Below, in pieces: positions 27,891 to 38,852 of a DNA stretch of 64,000 nt. The position numbers and the translations under genes were made by a program. The stretch lies in NCBI GenBank assembly GCA_963830915.1, contig CAWHOE010000046.1, positions 1-64,000 on the forward strand, written 5' to 3'. The notes beneath the pieces are model-generated. The model saw nothing but the letters and a program-made list of their open reading frames with translations. It was not told the DNA's origin and searched no databases. The stretch is from a candidate division FCPU426 bacterium. Lineage in GTDB: Bacteria > Oederibacteriota > Muellerivitia > Muellerivitales > Muellerivitaceae. How positions within the stretch are numbered: position 1 is the stretch's first letter; every line of letters begins with the position of its first letter.

Positions 27891-30279
27891 TCAACGCAAA
27901 ACCAGGACCTTGATTATCTTGACCTGCTTGCTGTCCCCCGTTCCCGCCTTGAGCCTCAAATAATAAAGACCGTTGGCGATCCTTTCACCTCCCTTGCCGG
28001 TCAGGTAAAGAGAGATGTTGTTACCCGTTACAGTCTGGGTATCACCCGTTATTTTGCGGAAAGCGAGCGTGAAGATATCCCAGTTCACTGAAGCGCCAAG
28101 AGGCAGGTTGACGTTTATGTTGATGAGGCCCGGATCCCTGATCGGGTTGGGATAAGGCGCGCTGAAAACCGGGCCCGACCCATTGGAACTTAAGGTCGCC
28201 GTGAAGGTCTGAGTGAAAGGTAAAGTGGACGTAGAACTGAAAGTAAACGTCGGGGTTCCAGTGGTTGAAGGGGTGGCTGTGAATGTCGGCGTAATTGTCC
28301 TTGTTGCCGAAGGCGTTGATGAAAAGGTAGAGGAAGGAGTGCTGGTCACCGCGGGCGAATTGGTAGGGGAGAAAGTAAAAGTAGACGTGAAGGTTTGGGT
28401 CGAGGTGTCTGTGAAGGTCCGGGTACTGGTGACGGTGGAGGTCGACATCGGGGTGGAAGTAAGGCTGGGAGTTGGAGCGTTCGTATTGGTCGAGGTCTGG
28501 GACGGGGTAGGCGTGAAGGTAAGGGTCGAAGTGGGTGTCCAGGCACAGGGAGACCGAACCAGGCGGATATTGTCCAGGTATAGGTTGCCTGTGTCGGTCG
28601 CGCTCTGGGTACTCAAAATGAACCTGATCGTGGAGATGCTATCCGTGGGTATAAGAGTTCCAAGGGACCAGTTGATATTAAAAGTAACACTGTTTTGACC
28701 TGCCACCAGGGTTGTGGTTTGAGCGATGAACTCATAACTCTTTCCCGCGCTCGCCGAATCGGCTTTCAACGCGAGTACATGCTGTGACCCCGCCGCCGCG
28801 ATCATGGCCGGGTCGATGTAAAGATCCAGGATGAGCTGACTCACTCCCGACCAGTCGGTGGGGGTGAAACCGGTCAAATTCATCAAGTCCTGGTTCCAAG
28901 AAGCGGGTGTCACCACGGTCACCTGCATACTGTTGGTGCCCTGGGTCACATGGGATGTGGAAAGGGTCCGGATCCCGTTCACCCCGGACCAAGTGCCATT
29001 TTCCGTGAGACTCTCACAGCCGTTGAAAAGAACGGCGCATCCCGGCGGGGTTGGGGTTGGCGTGAAGGTGAAGAACAGGCGTCAAGGTGATCGTGGGGGT
29101 GAAAGTGGAGGTCGGCAAGGTGCCGGTGATGGTCGGGGTGAATGTGGCGGTGGGGCCCCCGCCCGCGCAATAGGGCGTTGGCGTTTGGTTGATATTGTAA
29201 AGCCAGGTGGATACAGCGGCTCCATGGGGGTTCGTGGCGTACCCCGTCCAACTCGACAGCATATAGGGGCAATCCTGTATCCCGAAATTCCAACCCAGGG
29301 CCGAAAATACGTAATTCTCATTGTTCGTCCCGCCCATCCAATTCATCAAGACCGGCTCAAAGGTGACCGAGGAGGAAGTTGGCGGACAAGTATTCGGGTC
29401 CGGTCCGAATTCCTCGATCATGACGGCATAATTGGCCTGCACGGCGACCCCGACATATTTTTCCCACGCGACCGACGTGTTATCGGCCTTATTCGGATAG
29501 AGATGGGCGGCGTAAAGAACACCATGTCCATCTCCCGTATCGGTCAAGGGTTGACTCGCCACACCGGTTAAGTCGTAGGACCAGTCGATGCCCCCCGCCA
29601 CCACGATGTTATTAGCCCCTACGGCTCGGATGGCCGTTAATAGTCCCTGTAAACCAGGACTGCCTCCGCCCCCTGTGACAGCCTGGGCCCAGGTCGAAGG
29701 GTAAGGTTCGTTGAATAGGTCGAACAAAACAGCGGGATTGTTACCGTAGGTTTGCGCCACCGACTGCCAGAAGGTTACCGAGTTAGCGTCCGGCATGGTT
29801 TGTTGTCCGGTGGCCGTACCCCATCCCGCCCCTCCACAAGGAACGGAGGGAGAAGTAGCCGTGCCTGACCATTGCAGGTCCAGGTCCAAATAAACGTTGT
29901 TCGCGCTGCAATAATTGATGACATTCGTCACGATCGCACGGTAGGCCTCCGCGCTGGCGGGAGTGCCCTTGTAATTGGAACATCCAAACCAAAAATCCTG
30001 GCTGATCGGGAGACGTACACAATTGGCGTGCCACGCGGTCACCGCTTCCGCGATACCAGCCACCACATCGGCCGGACTCCCAGGGCCTGAACCGAGCGGG
30101 TCGTATTCCAAGCCCGAATCACACATACCTTTTAAGCGGACCGTGCAGCCGCCACTGATAGTACGTATCTGGTTTCCGACAATTTGAATATCCGGAGTGG
30201 TCGCCCCCAATGGCAGTGCCAGGTACATGAAGAAAAGAAAATACCCCGATATATTCTTTACGGATTGCCAACCGCGCAT
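27891..30279 (-). CDS. GH5 glycoside hydrolase + CBM-like beta-sandwich + Thr-rich linker + CTD (indel near 29071-29080)
   Basis: GAGG RBS; NCVRLPISQDFW, LFDLFNEP (acid/base), HLYP, MIEEFG (nucleophile). After a one-base shift the frame continues FTPTPTPPGCAVLFNGCES...TDWSG...LYLDNIRL, then PYPNP...TLAFRKI...IANGLYYL. Confidence 0.85.
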
Positions 30280-30398
30280 CGAAGATCCTCTCTTAATGGA
30301 CATCAGTTTAAAATATTCTCGCTTCTATGCCTCGGTCCATATGCCGTTCGATAATTAAGAACCACCTCAATTCTTTAGGCAATATCAGTGCCATATCG

Positions 30399-30445
30399 CT
30401 AAATCGCTTTAACGTTAATTGGACAATTTTATTAAATCGTTTTAA
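30399..30445. promoter_or_regulatory. Two LacI-operator-like palindromes upstream of GH5
   Basis: CTAAATCGCTTTAA (30399-30412) and TTAAATCGTTTTAA (30432-30445), CG-centred. Confidence 0.45.
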
Positions 30446-30543
30446 CGATTAAAACAAAAAAAGAATTCTTCCACGTTCCTTATTGATCGAAATTCCACTA
30501 ATTCGTTCGACTTTTGACGACCCAGCAAAAGGATATTTGGTCT

Positions 30544-33276
30544 TCATCTCAAGATCAGCAGTTTCCCTTTGGTCCTGGCTTGTGAAGTTTCCACCAGGAG
30601 GTAATAAAGCCCATTGGCCAAGGGTTTTCCCAACCGGTCGGTCAGGTTCAAGAGGATGTCGTTGGGACCGACCGGGACATGCTGAAGGTCTACCTCCAAG
30701 GCTTTGCGGAAGCCTAGGGTATACAACTTGATCTTCAGCCATTCGGTTTCGCTTTGCAGGACGAAATGTATGGTGACCACGGGGCCGGTCACGGGATTGG
30801 GATAGGGTATGGGGATAGAGACAAAATCCACGGCGGTAGCGGTGATAGTCGGGGTTTCGGTTAGGGTATGGGTCGGAGTGAAGGTGGAAGTATCTGTAGG
30901 AGGCGCAGGAGTGTATGTGGATGTATTGGTGAAAGTCGGGGTCGGGGTAACTGTGGATGTAGATGTATTGGTGACTGTCGGGGGCACTGGAGTATTGGTT
31001 GATGTGAGCGTTGGCGGAACCTGAGCGCTTGTCTTGGTGCTGGTAAAGGTAACTGTGGGAGTGGCTGTGGGTGGTACCGGCGTGTTCGTGGATGTGGAGG
31101 TTGATGGAATTTGAGTAAAAGTCTTGGTGCTGGTCAACGTCTGTGTTGGGGTCCCTGTGAACGTCCAAGTGGAAGTAGGCGGAACGGGGGTATTCGTCAA
31201 CGTTAATGTCGGAAGAACAGGAGTATTGGTCTTGGTGCTGGTGAAGGATGTTGTAGCGGTCCCTGTAAAAGTCCCAGTAGGTGAAGGCGGAAAAGGTGTT
31301 TTCGAAGGCGTGAATGAAGGAGGCAAGGGGGTGTTCGTCCCGGTGTTAGTTACGGTAAAAGAAGCGGTAGAAGTAATGGTAGGCGGAACTGGCGTATAAG
31401 ACTTAGTGCTTGTAGACGTTGAGGTTCCCGTAGGGGATGAGGTGGAAGAAACCGTCGATGTATTCGTATAAGTGTAAGTAGCTGTCGGCGGTAAGGGTGT
31501 ATTGGTCCACGTGGGCGCAACCGGCGTATCGGTCCTGGAATTGGTGAATGTAAAAGAAGCGGTAGAAGTGGCTGTGGGGGGCACAGGAGTATAAGTTTTA
31601 GTGCTCGTCAAGGTCGCCGTCGAGGTAGAAGTGGGTGTGAAAGTTGGGGTAGGGGTATGGGTGAAGGTGGGGCTATTGGTGGCCGTGGATGTAGGGATCG
31701 GAGTAAAGGTTTTGGTGGAGGTGCGGGGAAAGGTCGAAGTAGGGGTGAAGGTGAACGAGGCCGTGGAAGTGAAAGTGGGGGTCCATGTACAAGTAGGGCT
31801 GGGTGTAAAATTCCCCTGATGAACGGTCAGTAAAGCCATGGCGGCGTTGGGAAGGTTGAAGATGTATTGATGGCTGGCGTTGGCGGTAACCGGCGTGGTT
31901 TGGGGAACTGGGATGGATCCGGTCGCGTTATCCACCACCTGCCCGCCGTAGGATATCCCTCCAGTGGAAGCGGTCGTGGTCAGGCCGGGGGCCTCCACCA
32001 TCAAAAGGTCCGCCGTACCCATGGTCTGGCTCAATTGCACGGTTACAGCCCCGGAAGCGGTCAAATCCTTGTTCAGTACAAAAACCTTCGTGTCACAGCC
32101 GGCGCAAGAAGTGGTGGCGTAGGCAGTCACATTGGAACCGGTGGTGACAGAGGCGGATACCAGGGTTTCTCCCTGAGCCTGAGCGAATAACAACATGCCG
32201 TAATAGATCGCCTGGGCTTGGGTATTGGTGATGGAATGGGCCCAGACCGGATTGTAAGCGGTCGAACCCGAACTACAGTGGATGTTCACGCCCACGGCTC
32301 CCACTTGGGCCAGAACGAACATGGAATCCACACCCCAGAGGGCCGAGGCGAAAGTATCGCTCACCCCCGTCTTTCCCCCGCCCGAGACTGAGTTCATCTC
32401 GCCCACCCGGTAGGACAATCCTCTTCCGGCGGCCTGGCTGACGTAACCCGCGTAACTGCTTCTCAAGTTGGATGTTATGCCTGGCGACAGGAGCTGGGAG
32501 ACGGAAGCGGTTCCTGAATTACCCCCGCCGATAGGATAGTGATGCTCGGTGATGAGCGCCAAACCATTGGGCGCCTGGGCGTTCACGTCATCGATGAAGG
32601 TCCCATCCTCGCCCCTCCAACTACAGCAATAAGCCGGAGCAACCATGGCGTAGTTCTTCAGCTCAGAGACCGCCCTAAAAGCGGTGATGTACTGGGCGAC
32701 ATCGGCCGCGTTCTGAGCCACGGTATAACCGGTCTTGTCCCCGTTGGAGTTGTAATAATCGGACTCATTGCCTATCTCGAAACCTAGGAGTTTGGCCCCC
32801 GGTATGGAAAGCCCGTCAGGGATGATCCCCTGTTCCACATAGTCGGTGGCGTTACCCGGATCGTCCGATAACAGGTTCAAACCCACCAGAACGCTGAAAC
32901 CGGTCTGGGCTGATCCATTGAAAATACCATTGATCCAACTGACGGGTATCTGCTGAGTACACAAGGTCACGCCCGAATCCCAGCAGGAACGGTCCTGGCT
33001 GTTGCCCCCGATCCGGAATACCCCGTTTTTCAGGTTCCGGGCCAGTTGAAAGAAGATATTGTTCGGGGCCGAGCTGGTGCCGAAAAAATTCGGGATGGTG
33101 CCGCCGCCATATTCGATGCTGAAACCCAAAAAATTAGAGGGGATGGGATTTTGGAGCGTCGCGTTGTTCACGGTGACCGTGGCCAAACCGGCGTGGACGC
33201 TCTGGGCAAACAAGAACAATACAAAAACCGATAACAGGCTTTGATAAACTCTTTTCAGAGAGTTCATTCGAGTCAT
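30544..33276 (-). CDS. GH79-like (beta-glucuronidase/heparanase-type) hydrolase + Thr/Pro linker + CTD
   Basis: FLGFSIE, RIGGNSQD, FEIGNE (acid/base), HHYP, RVGEMNS (nucleophile), GVSDTFASALW, YYGMLLF; CTD PYPNP...TLGFRK...LANGLYYL...KLLILR. Confidence 0.85.
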   Translation of the reverse strand: MTRMNSLKRVYQSLLSVFVLFLFAQSVHAGLATVTVNNATLQNPIPSNFLGFSIEYGGGTIPNFFGTSSAPNNIFFQLARNLKNGVFRIGGNSQDRSCWDSGVTLCTQQIPVSWINGIFNGSAQTGFSVLVGLNLLSDDPGNATDYVEQGIIPDGLSIPGAKLLGFEIGNESDYYNSNGDKTGYTVAQNAADVAQYITAFRAVSELKNYAMVAPAYCCSWRGEDGTFIDDVNAQAPNGLALITEHHYPIGGGNSGTASVSQLLSPGITSNLRSSYAGYVSQAAGRGLSYRVGEMNSVSGGGKTGVSDTFASALWGVDSMFVLAQVGAVGVNIHCSSGSTAYNPVWAHSITNTQAQAIYYGMLLFAQAQGETLVSASVTTGSNVTAYATTSCAGCDTKVFVLNKDLTASGAVTVQLSQTMGTADLLMVEAPGLTTTASTGGISYGGQVVDNATGSIPVPQTTPVTANASHQYIFNLPNAAMALLTVHQGNFTPSPTCTWTPTFTSTASFTFTPTSTFPRTSTKTFTPIPTSTATNSPTFTHTPTPTFTPTSTSTATLTSTKTYTPVPPTATSTASFTFTNSRTDTPVAPTWTNTPLPPTATYTYTNTSTVSSTSSPTGTSTSTSTKSYTPVPPTITSTASFTVTNTGTNTPLPPSFTPSKTPFPPSPTGTFTGTATTSFTSTKTNTPVLPTLTLTNTPVPPTSTWTFTGTPTQTLTSTKTFTQIPSTSTSTNTPVPPTATPTVTFTSTKTSAQVPPTLTSTNTPVPPTVTNTSTSTVTPTPTFTNTSTYTPAPPTDTSTFTPTHTLTETPTITATAVDFVSIPIPYPNPVTGPVVTIHFVLQSETEWLKIKLYTLGFRKALEVDLQHVPVGPNDILLNLTDRLGKPLANGLYYLLVETSQARTKGKLLILR

Positions 33277-33356
33277 TCCAACATCCTCACTACGTTTTTA
33301 GTTTCGCCCATTGGGCAGGGTCTGAACTTCAATTCAAACGCCTTGCGGCCATAAAT

Positions 33357-33370
33357 TTAAAACGTTTTAA
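33357..33370. promoter_or_regulatory. LacI-operator-like perfect palindrome TTAAAACGTTTTAA upstream of GH79
   Basis: Perfect 14-bp CG-centred palindrome 80 nt upstream of the start. Confidence 0.5.
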
Positions 33371-33492
33371 TAATTATTGAAATTTTATCGGTTATTTTTT
33401 TTAAATACAGGGCAGGAAGAAAGGCAATGTTCCGTTTCTTATTTAATGATGTTCGCTTTTTAGAAAATCAGGCGGCAGGAAAACTTGTATTT

Positions 33493-35344
33493 TTAACGCC
33501 GGAAGGTCGTTTTGGCCCTTTGCTCTTCCCTGTATTTGGAAGGGGTCAAGCCTGTTTCCTTACGAAAAATTTGGATGAAGGTCGAAACGGACTTGAACCC
33601 GACCTCCTGGGCGACCCGGGCGATGGGCATGGCCCCCGTTTCCAGAAGGGTCTTGGCTTTCTTGACCCGCAATGACCTGACATAACCGGGGAAACTCAAC
33701 CCGGTCATCTCTCGGATCTTCTTCCCAAAGACGATGGGGTGGAGCCCGGCCATCCCGGCCACCTGGCCCACCGGGATCCTTAGGTGAAAATGCTCTTCCA
33801 GGTACTTCTTGGCTTTATCCATCCCGATCCCGCCCTCGACCAACCTGGGTTTGGAGATATAAAGGATCAATTGGGCCAGCTGTTCCCGGAATACCAACAG
33901 GGCGTCCTGGGCCGTGACGGCCTTCTCCAATTCCATCTCGCCCGCTTTCTGGAAATCCCTGCGGTCCTCCGAATGGGCCCGAAGGTTCCGACCGCAAACC
34001 TCCCAGAGATGGGCCAGGGCATAGCGGAAATGCGTCTGGATCAGGTGGGGGTACCTGGGTCCTTTGGCGCAGGACCGACTCGACGTATCGGTCCCGGAAG
34101 GAATCGATGTTCTTTTGCGGGTCTCGGCTAATAGAGTCGGTCAATTCCATGAGCCTTTGGGTGATACTTTCCGTGGCTGTGTTGGCGCTTCCCCCTCTCG
34201 GCTCGGAGGAGTAAAAAATGACCCTGTTCGTCTCAAAATCCCCCAGATGGATGGCCAATAAGGCCTGGCGGTAGGACTCGTGCAGTAGTTTTCCCGGTGC
34301 GACCATTTGCCCCACGCCGACCTGAACCGGGCCCCTCATTTCCGTCTGGGCGAAGGTTTGTATTTTCTTGGCCAGGTCCTTCACCCATTGGTTCTTTTGG
34401 GACCGTGCCAGGTTCGCCGGGGGCGAGGTGACGAAAACCAACCCGTAGTCCTCCAGTTTTCCCCCGTAGGTTTCGGGCAAGGTTCGGGCGAAGTGAAAGG
34501 CCTTGCGTTGGAGGCGGTAGACCTTGAGGGTTTCCATGAGCCAATCGGAGGCCTTCCAGGTGGTTTGCTGTGGCGTGACCGCGATGACCGTGGTCGGCAC
34601 CCGGCTTAGACCGATCTCCTGGTGTATCCAGGGCCACTCCTCGATGTGTTTACCCCAGGCCGGGATGGATTCCCGCGTCGGCAAACCCAGGGCCCAGTTC
34701 AGGAAATAACTGTGGGGCAGACGCGTGGAGAAAAGATCGATCAATAAGTGGCGTAATTTTGATTCGGAGCCCTCCAGTTCCGCCTCGCTGGACAAGGTTC
34801 GGGCGAAGGTTTCCAGCATTTCCTGATAGCCGGCCAACAAGGGCCCGTCCAGAACAGGAACATCCAGCAGGACCCTCACGAACTGTTGGAATTCATGGAA
34901 AGGCAGAAGGTCCTTGCGGCCGGTCAAGGTCCGCCAACAATGGGTGACCCCTTCCAGGGTCAGCTCTCGCGGGGCGAAGGAGCCCGATTCCAGGTAACCC
35001 AGTATTTCCTTTCCCTTTTTTATTGGGATGAAAAAATCCTGAAAACCCAAATGACTCCCGCAAAGGGCCTCGCCTGATCTGGCCGCCTGTTGGAAGGAAT
35101 GGTCCATGTACCGGTTCCTTTCCTTGAGCTTGCCGTACTGGACTTCCAACTCATATAAGGAATCGGCCCTTTTCCTGCGGTTCAAGCTCCACCAACCGCC
35201 CGGCAGGGACCGGTTGACGAAAAAGGTGTTCAGGTCGACGTAGTAATGGATGAGGGTATGGACCGGCTGGAAATTCCGGAAAGCCTGGATGACGATGGGC
35301 GACCGGGGTGGTTGGGAGTCCCCTTTTTTCTTCGCGGGCGGCAT
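33493..35344 (-). CDS. PocR-like sensor/AraC regulator (indel in the G5 run at 34047-34051)
   Basis: GAGG RBS; removing one C joins QVP to HLIQTHFRY and on to the AraC HTH (AKKYLEEHF...LRVKKAKTLL...VAQEVGFKSVSTFIQIFRKETGLTPSKYR). Same layout as the intact paralogue at 51366-53174. Confidence 0.85.
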
Positions 35345-35416
35345 GAAAACCTCAGGATGAAAAGGTTCTTCGTCCAAGACCCGCCTAGCTTAACACAAAA
35401 ACCGGGGCTTATTTCG

Positions 35417-38400
35417 TTACCGCAAAACGAGCAGTTTCCCTTTGGCCCTAGCTTGCGGGGTTTCAACCACCAGGTAATAAAGACCGTTCGCCAGATCCCT
35501 TCCCCACCTGTCCGAAACAGCAAGAAGAAAGTCGTTTGGTCCCGCCGGGACAATTCGGAAAGTCTCTTCCTGCACCATTCGGAAACCCGTGGTGTAAAGC
35601 TTGAGCGTGAGCCAGGATTGGGGAGCCCGAAGGACAACCCTAACCTGAATCGGGCCTGGTCCCGTCACGGGGTTGGGATAGGGGATGGGAGTGGAGAGGG
35701 CCATCCCTTCGGTCGCGGTGATGGTGGGACTGTTGGTGCGCGTCATCGTGGCCGTCCATGTCAGGGTTTGGGTGGTCGTCGGGGTCGGGGTGGATGTTTT
35801 AGTATCCGTCCCAGTGGGGGTGAAGGTAGGTGTGGAAGACCCGGTCGATGTGGCTGTCGGCAGCTGCGTCACGGAATCCGTTTCTGTCGCGGTATCGGTG
35901 GACGTGGATGTCATCGTTTGGGTCTTGGTAGGTGTGGCACTGGGTGTCCCAGTTGGCGTTAATGAAGAAGTCGTTGTCAGGGAGGCCGTCCCGGTCCATG
36001 TCGATGTGGGACTAAGGGTCCGGGACGCTGTCGCCGTCCAACTCGATGTGGGGCTAAGGGTCCGGGACGCTGTCGCCGTCCAACTCGATGTCGGGGTGAA
36101 AGTAAGCGTGTTGGTGGGGGTCGCACTAGGCGTAAAAGTCCCAGTGAAAACCGAGGTTTCAGTAGCCGTGAAAACGTGAGTGGCGGTCGCCGTGGGCGAA
36201 ACTGTTTGAGCCGGGGTGAATGTACCTGTCATTGTATCGGTCATGGTGGGGGTAGCGGTTTTCGAATCCGTAGGCGTCCCCGTCGCCGTTACAGTTGAAG
36301 TCTCAGTCGATGTCAAAGATGCCGTGGATGTGGCCAAAACAGTGCTGGTGGAAGTTGGGGTACTGGTTCGAGAAAAGGTCGAGGTAGCCGTTGAGGTTGA
36401 GCTTGGCGTCGGGGTACCTGTGGGTGTGGATGTCCTCGTATAAGTCTTAGTGGGTGTGGCGCTTGACGTAGAGGATGCCGTGGCAGTGGCTGTTTCCGTC
36501 AAAGTGGCCGTAGGTGTGAAGGTACGGGTAGCGGTCTTGGTCGGGGTGCCGGTAAAGGTTGCCGTGGGCGCGCTGACGGCCAGAGGATAGGGGAAAGCTC
36601 CCACGGTCACGGTCGCTCCCGCGCTCCAGGGGGGAGCTCCATATTCGAATGCCCCCACATCTGGCGCGGAACCCACGTAACCATCGGTGATACCAGGGAT
36701 CACCATTCCCTGGTCGATTGCCCCAGACCCTGCTGACAGCATGTAACCCCATCCCTGGGTCGAGACAAAGGAGACCGGGGTATAGGTTCCGTTGTTGTTA
36801 AAGGTGGCAGTCGTGCTGTATTTAAAAGCCGCTTTCAAACCTCCCGATCCAACGACCGCCAAATTATTGATGATGCTAGTGCCAGCCTGGGACTGCGCCC
36901 AACTACTGTTACCGTTTCCATTGGTTGCGTAGGCGCAACTGGCGATCGTGTTGTTGTAAACCCCATTGTTGTAGGAAGGGTAATTGAGAACGATACCGGT
37001 GCGATAGCAATTCGCCACCACATTGTGATGAACAAGATAATTGGAGGTATTGTTGTCCAGGTAGATCCCATCACCCAAAGTGGGCCAGACGTCATGAACG
37101 TAGTTGTAAGAAATTTCCAACCCTCCCCCATTGGCAGAAAAAGCGTAGGTCGCGCCCACATCATTAGTGACCAGGCCCGCGTTGTACATTTCGTTGTGCC
37201 GAATGAAGGCTCCGGTCGTATGATCATGCCAAATACAATAACGACCGCTATCGAAAAGGGTGTTGTACTCGAAGATATGGCCTGACCCCTCGCTTTGGAT
37301 GGCTCCCTTGTAGGTGGCGATGTAATCAATTTCCGAGATACTCATGTCCCCGACGTAATGACCGGTCCCGCTGATCGCCAACCCGTTGCCCGCGCTATAT
37401 TGGATGGACCCATGGATCCAGGTGCAACCGCTTCCCCCGGAAATACCGTTCTGGTCGGCTTCTCCGCCGTAACCGCTGATCTCGGTGTAATGCTGTACGT
37501 ATTTTTGCTGGACATGGTCCACCACACACCCGTTGCAATTGGTGAAGAATATCCCTCCGCCGAACGTGAACAGGCTCTGGATCTGGATATAGGATTGCCC
37601 GTTATCATCCACCACTCTTTTCCGAGTGGCGATTTCCACTAGGTGTGAGGCTGGGTTGTCCCCCTTAGGCGTCCAGAGATAGATCTTCCCCGTCGTCGGG
37701 TCCTGGAACCATTCACTAGCCGAGTCAAGGAGGGAAAGTGATCCATAAAGGAAATATAAGTTTCCGGTGGTGGGTTGATAGGAAGAACTTGAACCGATCG
37801 CGCTGGTGAACTCGAAACTTCCTCCCCCATAATTGGTCACACCGCTTGTGTAACTGACCCAAGAAAGTCCCGGGATAATGTGAACCCGCGCTCCATTCAG
37901 GTTTGAGGAGGGAAGATTCGGATCCACCACTTGAGTGGCGGTGGTGCCCGTCCCACAGGTCGCGAAATTGGAGAAATAACTGTCGACCGAGGCGTTGGGC
38001 CAGCGGGCTCCCTGCATCATGGTTCCGTCCACGAAAACAGCCCAGGTCGAGACCGCGCCGCTTAATTGGTAAATGCTGCCCTGATAAACGGACCAGGTTT
38101 GAGTGACAGGATCGGACGCGCAAAGAACCGCTTGTTCCCCCGGATATCCAGAGAACACAATGGGTGAGCCAGATGTCCCACTGCGGATGGGGGTCAAAGT
38201 TTCCCGATAAGCTCCCTGCCTGAGATAGACCGTGTCCCCTGGTTGAGCGGCGGTCACGGCTCTAGCGATGGTTTGAAAGGGACTGGCGATGGAACCCGAA
38301 TTGGTATCGGAACCAGAAGGAGAGACATAGTAATTGGCACTGAAAGCGTTATCAGTGACTACCAAGGAAAAGAAGGCAAAAAGAATCAGAACAACTATCG

Positions 38401-38473
38401 ACGGAGGAAGGAAACGAGAAACGTTTTTATTCGGACAGTTTAAAAAAAGATTCGTCGGGGTTGGAGGGTTCAT
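35417..38473 (-). CDS. Right-handed parallel beta-helix protein (pectin-lyase fold, probable CAZyme) + Thr-rich linker + CTD
   Basis: YYVSPSGSDTNSGSIASPFQTIARA...QPGDTVYLRQGAYRETL; ARWPN; DVGATY; GIYLDN...VHHNVV; APDVGAFEYG; CTD. Confidence 0.8.
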   Translation of the reverse strand: MNPPTPTNLFLNCPNKNVSRFLPPSIVVLILFAFFSLVVTDNAFSANYYVSPSGSDTNSGSIASPFQTIARAVTAAQPGDTVYLRQGAYRETLTPIRSGTSGSPIVFSGYPGEQAVLCASDPVTQTWSVYQGSIYQLSGAVSTWAVFVDGTMMQGARWPNASVDSYFSNFATCGTGTTATQVVDPNLPSSNLNGARVHIIPGLSWVSYTSGVTNYGGGSFEFTSAIGSSSSYQPTTGNLYFLYGSLSLLDSASEWFQDPTTGKIYLWTPKGDNPASHLVEIATRKRVVDDNGQSYIQIQSLFTFGGGIFFTNCNGCVVDHVQQKYVQHYTEISGYGGEADQNGISGGSGCTWIHGSIQYSAGNGLAISGTGHYVGDMSISEIDYIATYKGAIQSEGSGHIFEYNTLFDSGRYCIWHDHTTGAFIRHNEMYNAGLVTNDVGATYAFSANGGGLEISYNYVHDVWPTLGDGIYLDNNTSNYLVHHNVVANCYRTGIVLNYPSYNNGVYNNTIASCAYATNGNGNSSWAQSQAGTSIINNLAVVGSGGLKAAFKYSTTATFNNNGTYTPVSFVSTQGWGYMLSAGSGAIDQGMVIPGITDGYVGSAPDVGAFEYGAPPWSAGATVTVGAFPYPLAVSAPTATFTGTPTKTATRTFTPTATLTETATATASSTSSATPTKTYTRTSTPTGTPTPSSTSTATSTFSRTSTPTSTSTVLATSTASLTSTETSTVTATGTPTDSKTATPTMTDTMTGTFTPAQTVSPTATATHVFTATETSVFTGTFTPSATPTNTLTFTPTSSWTATASRTLSPTSSWTATASRTLSPTSTWTGTASLTTTSSLTPTGTPSATPTKTQTMTSTSTDTATETDSVTQLPTATSTGSSTPTFTPTGTDTKTSTPTPTTTQTLTWTATMTRTNSPTITATEGMALSTPIPYPNPVTGPGPIQVRVVLRAPQSWLTLKLYTTGFRMVQEETFRIVPAGPNDFLLAVSDRWGRDLANGLYYLVVETPQARAKGKLLVLR
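36001..36091. repeat. 42-bp tandem duplication in a linker (14-aa unit PTSSWTATASRTLS)
   Basis: Two 42-bp units differing at one base, plus a partial third. Confidence 0.85.
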
Positions 38474-38607
38474 TTATTCCCCTCTCTGGATTTCTTGACC
38501 TCACCCGCCACATCAGCCATGACTTTTTTGATTTCTTCGTCAAGGAACGAGAAGATATCCAGGATCGCGCTTTCGTTTTCTTGAGAGGTTTTTGATTTCT
38601 CGTTCAC
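38470..38607 (-). CDS. Small hypothetical protein (about 45 aa) coupled to the beta-helix gene
   Basis: GTG after GGGAAGGG; VNEKSKTSQENESAILDIFSFLDEEIKKVMADVAGEVKKSREGNK; ATGA overlap with the next start. Confidence 0.4.
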   Translation of the reverse strand: MNEKSKTSQENESAILDIFSFLDEEIKKVMADVAGEVKKSREGNK

Positions 38608-38852
38608 AGCGACCCTTCCCCGGCGGTCACGCCCAAGGAGATCATCGGTCGTTCGTTCCGGACCGATGTTTTTTCCTATGGATAATCTATCCCGTCCACT
38701 CCCCACATTGAAGGGAAGTCGGCGGAAGAATGTTCTTTTTCTAATATTTCATTGTTTAATTATTTTTTGCAGGAGAAATGGAAGGTCTAAACTTTTACTA
38801 AATCGTTTTTTCCAAGTAGTTGGTGGTCATCCGGAATAAAACGCCGTTATTT

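Noticed and set aside
38473..38481. Sixth GGGAATAAA copy
   Set aside because: Overlaps the RBS/start of the beta-helix gene and has no CACTNAT at 15 nt; a similar intragenic near-match at about 53950 also lacks the -10.
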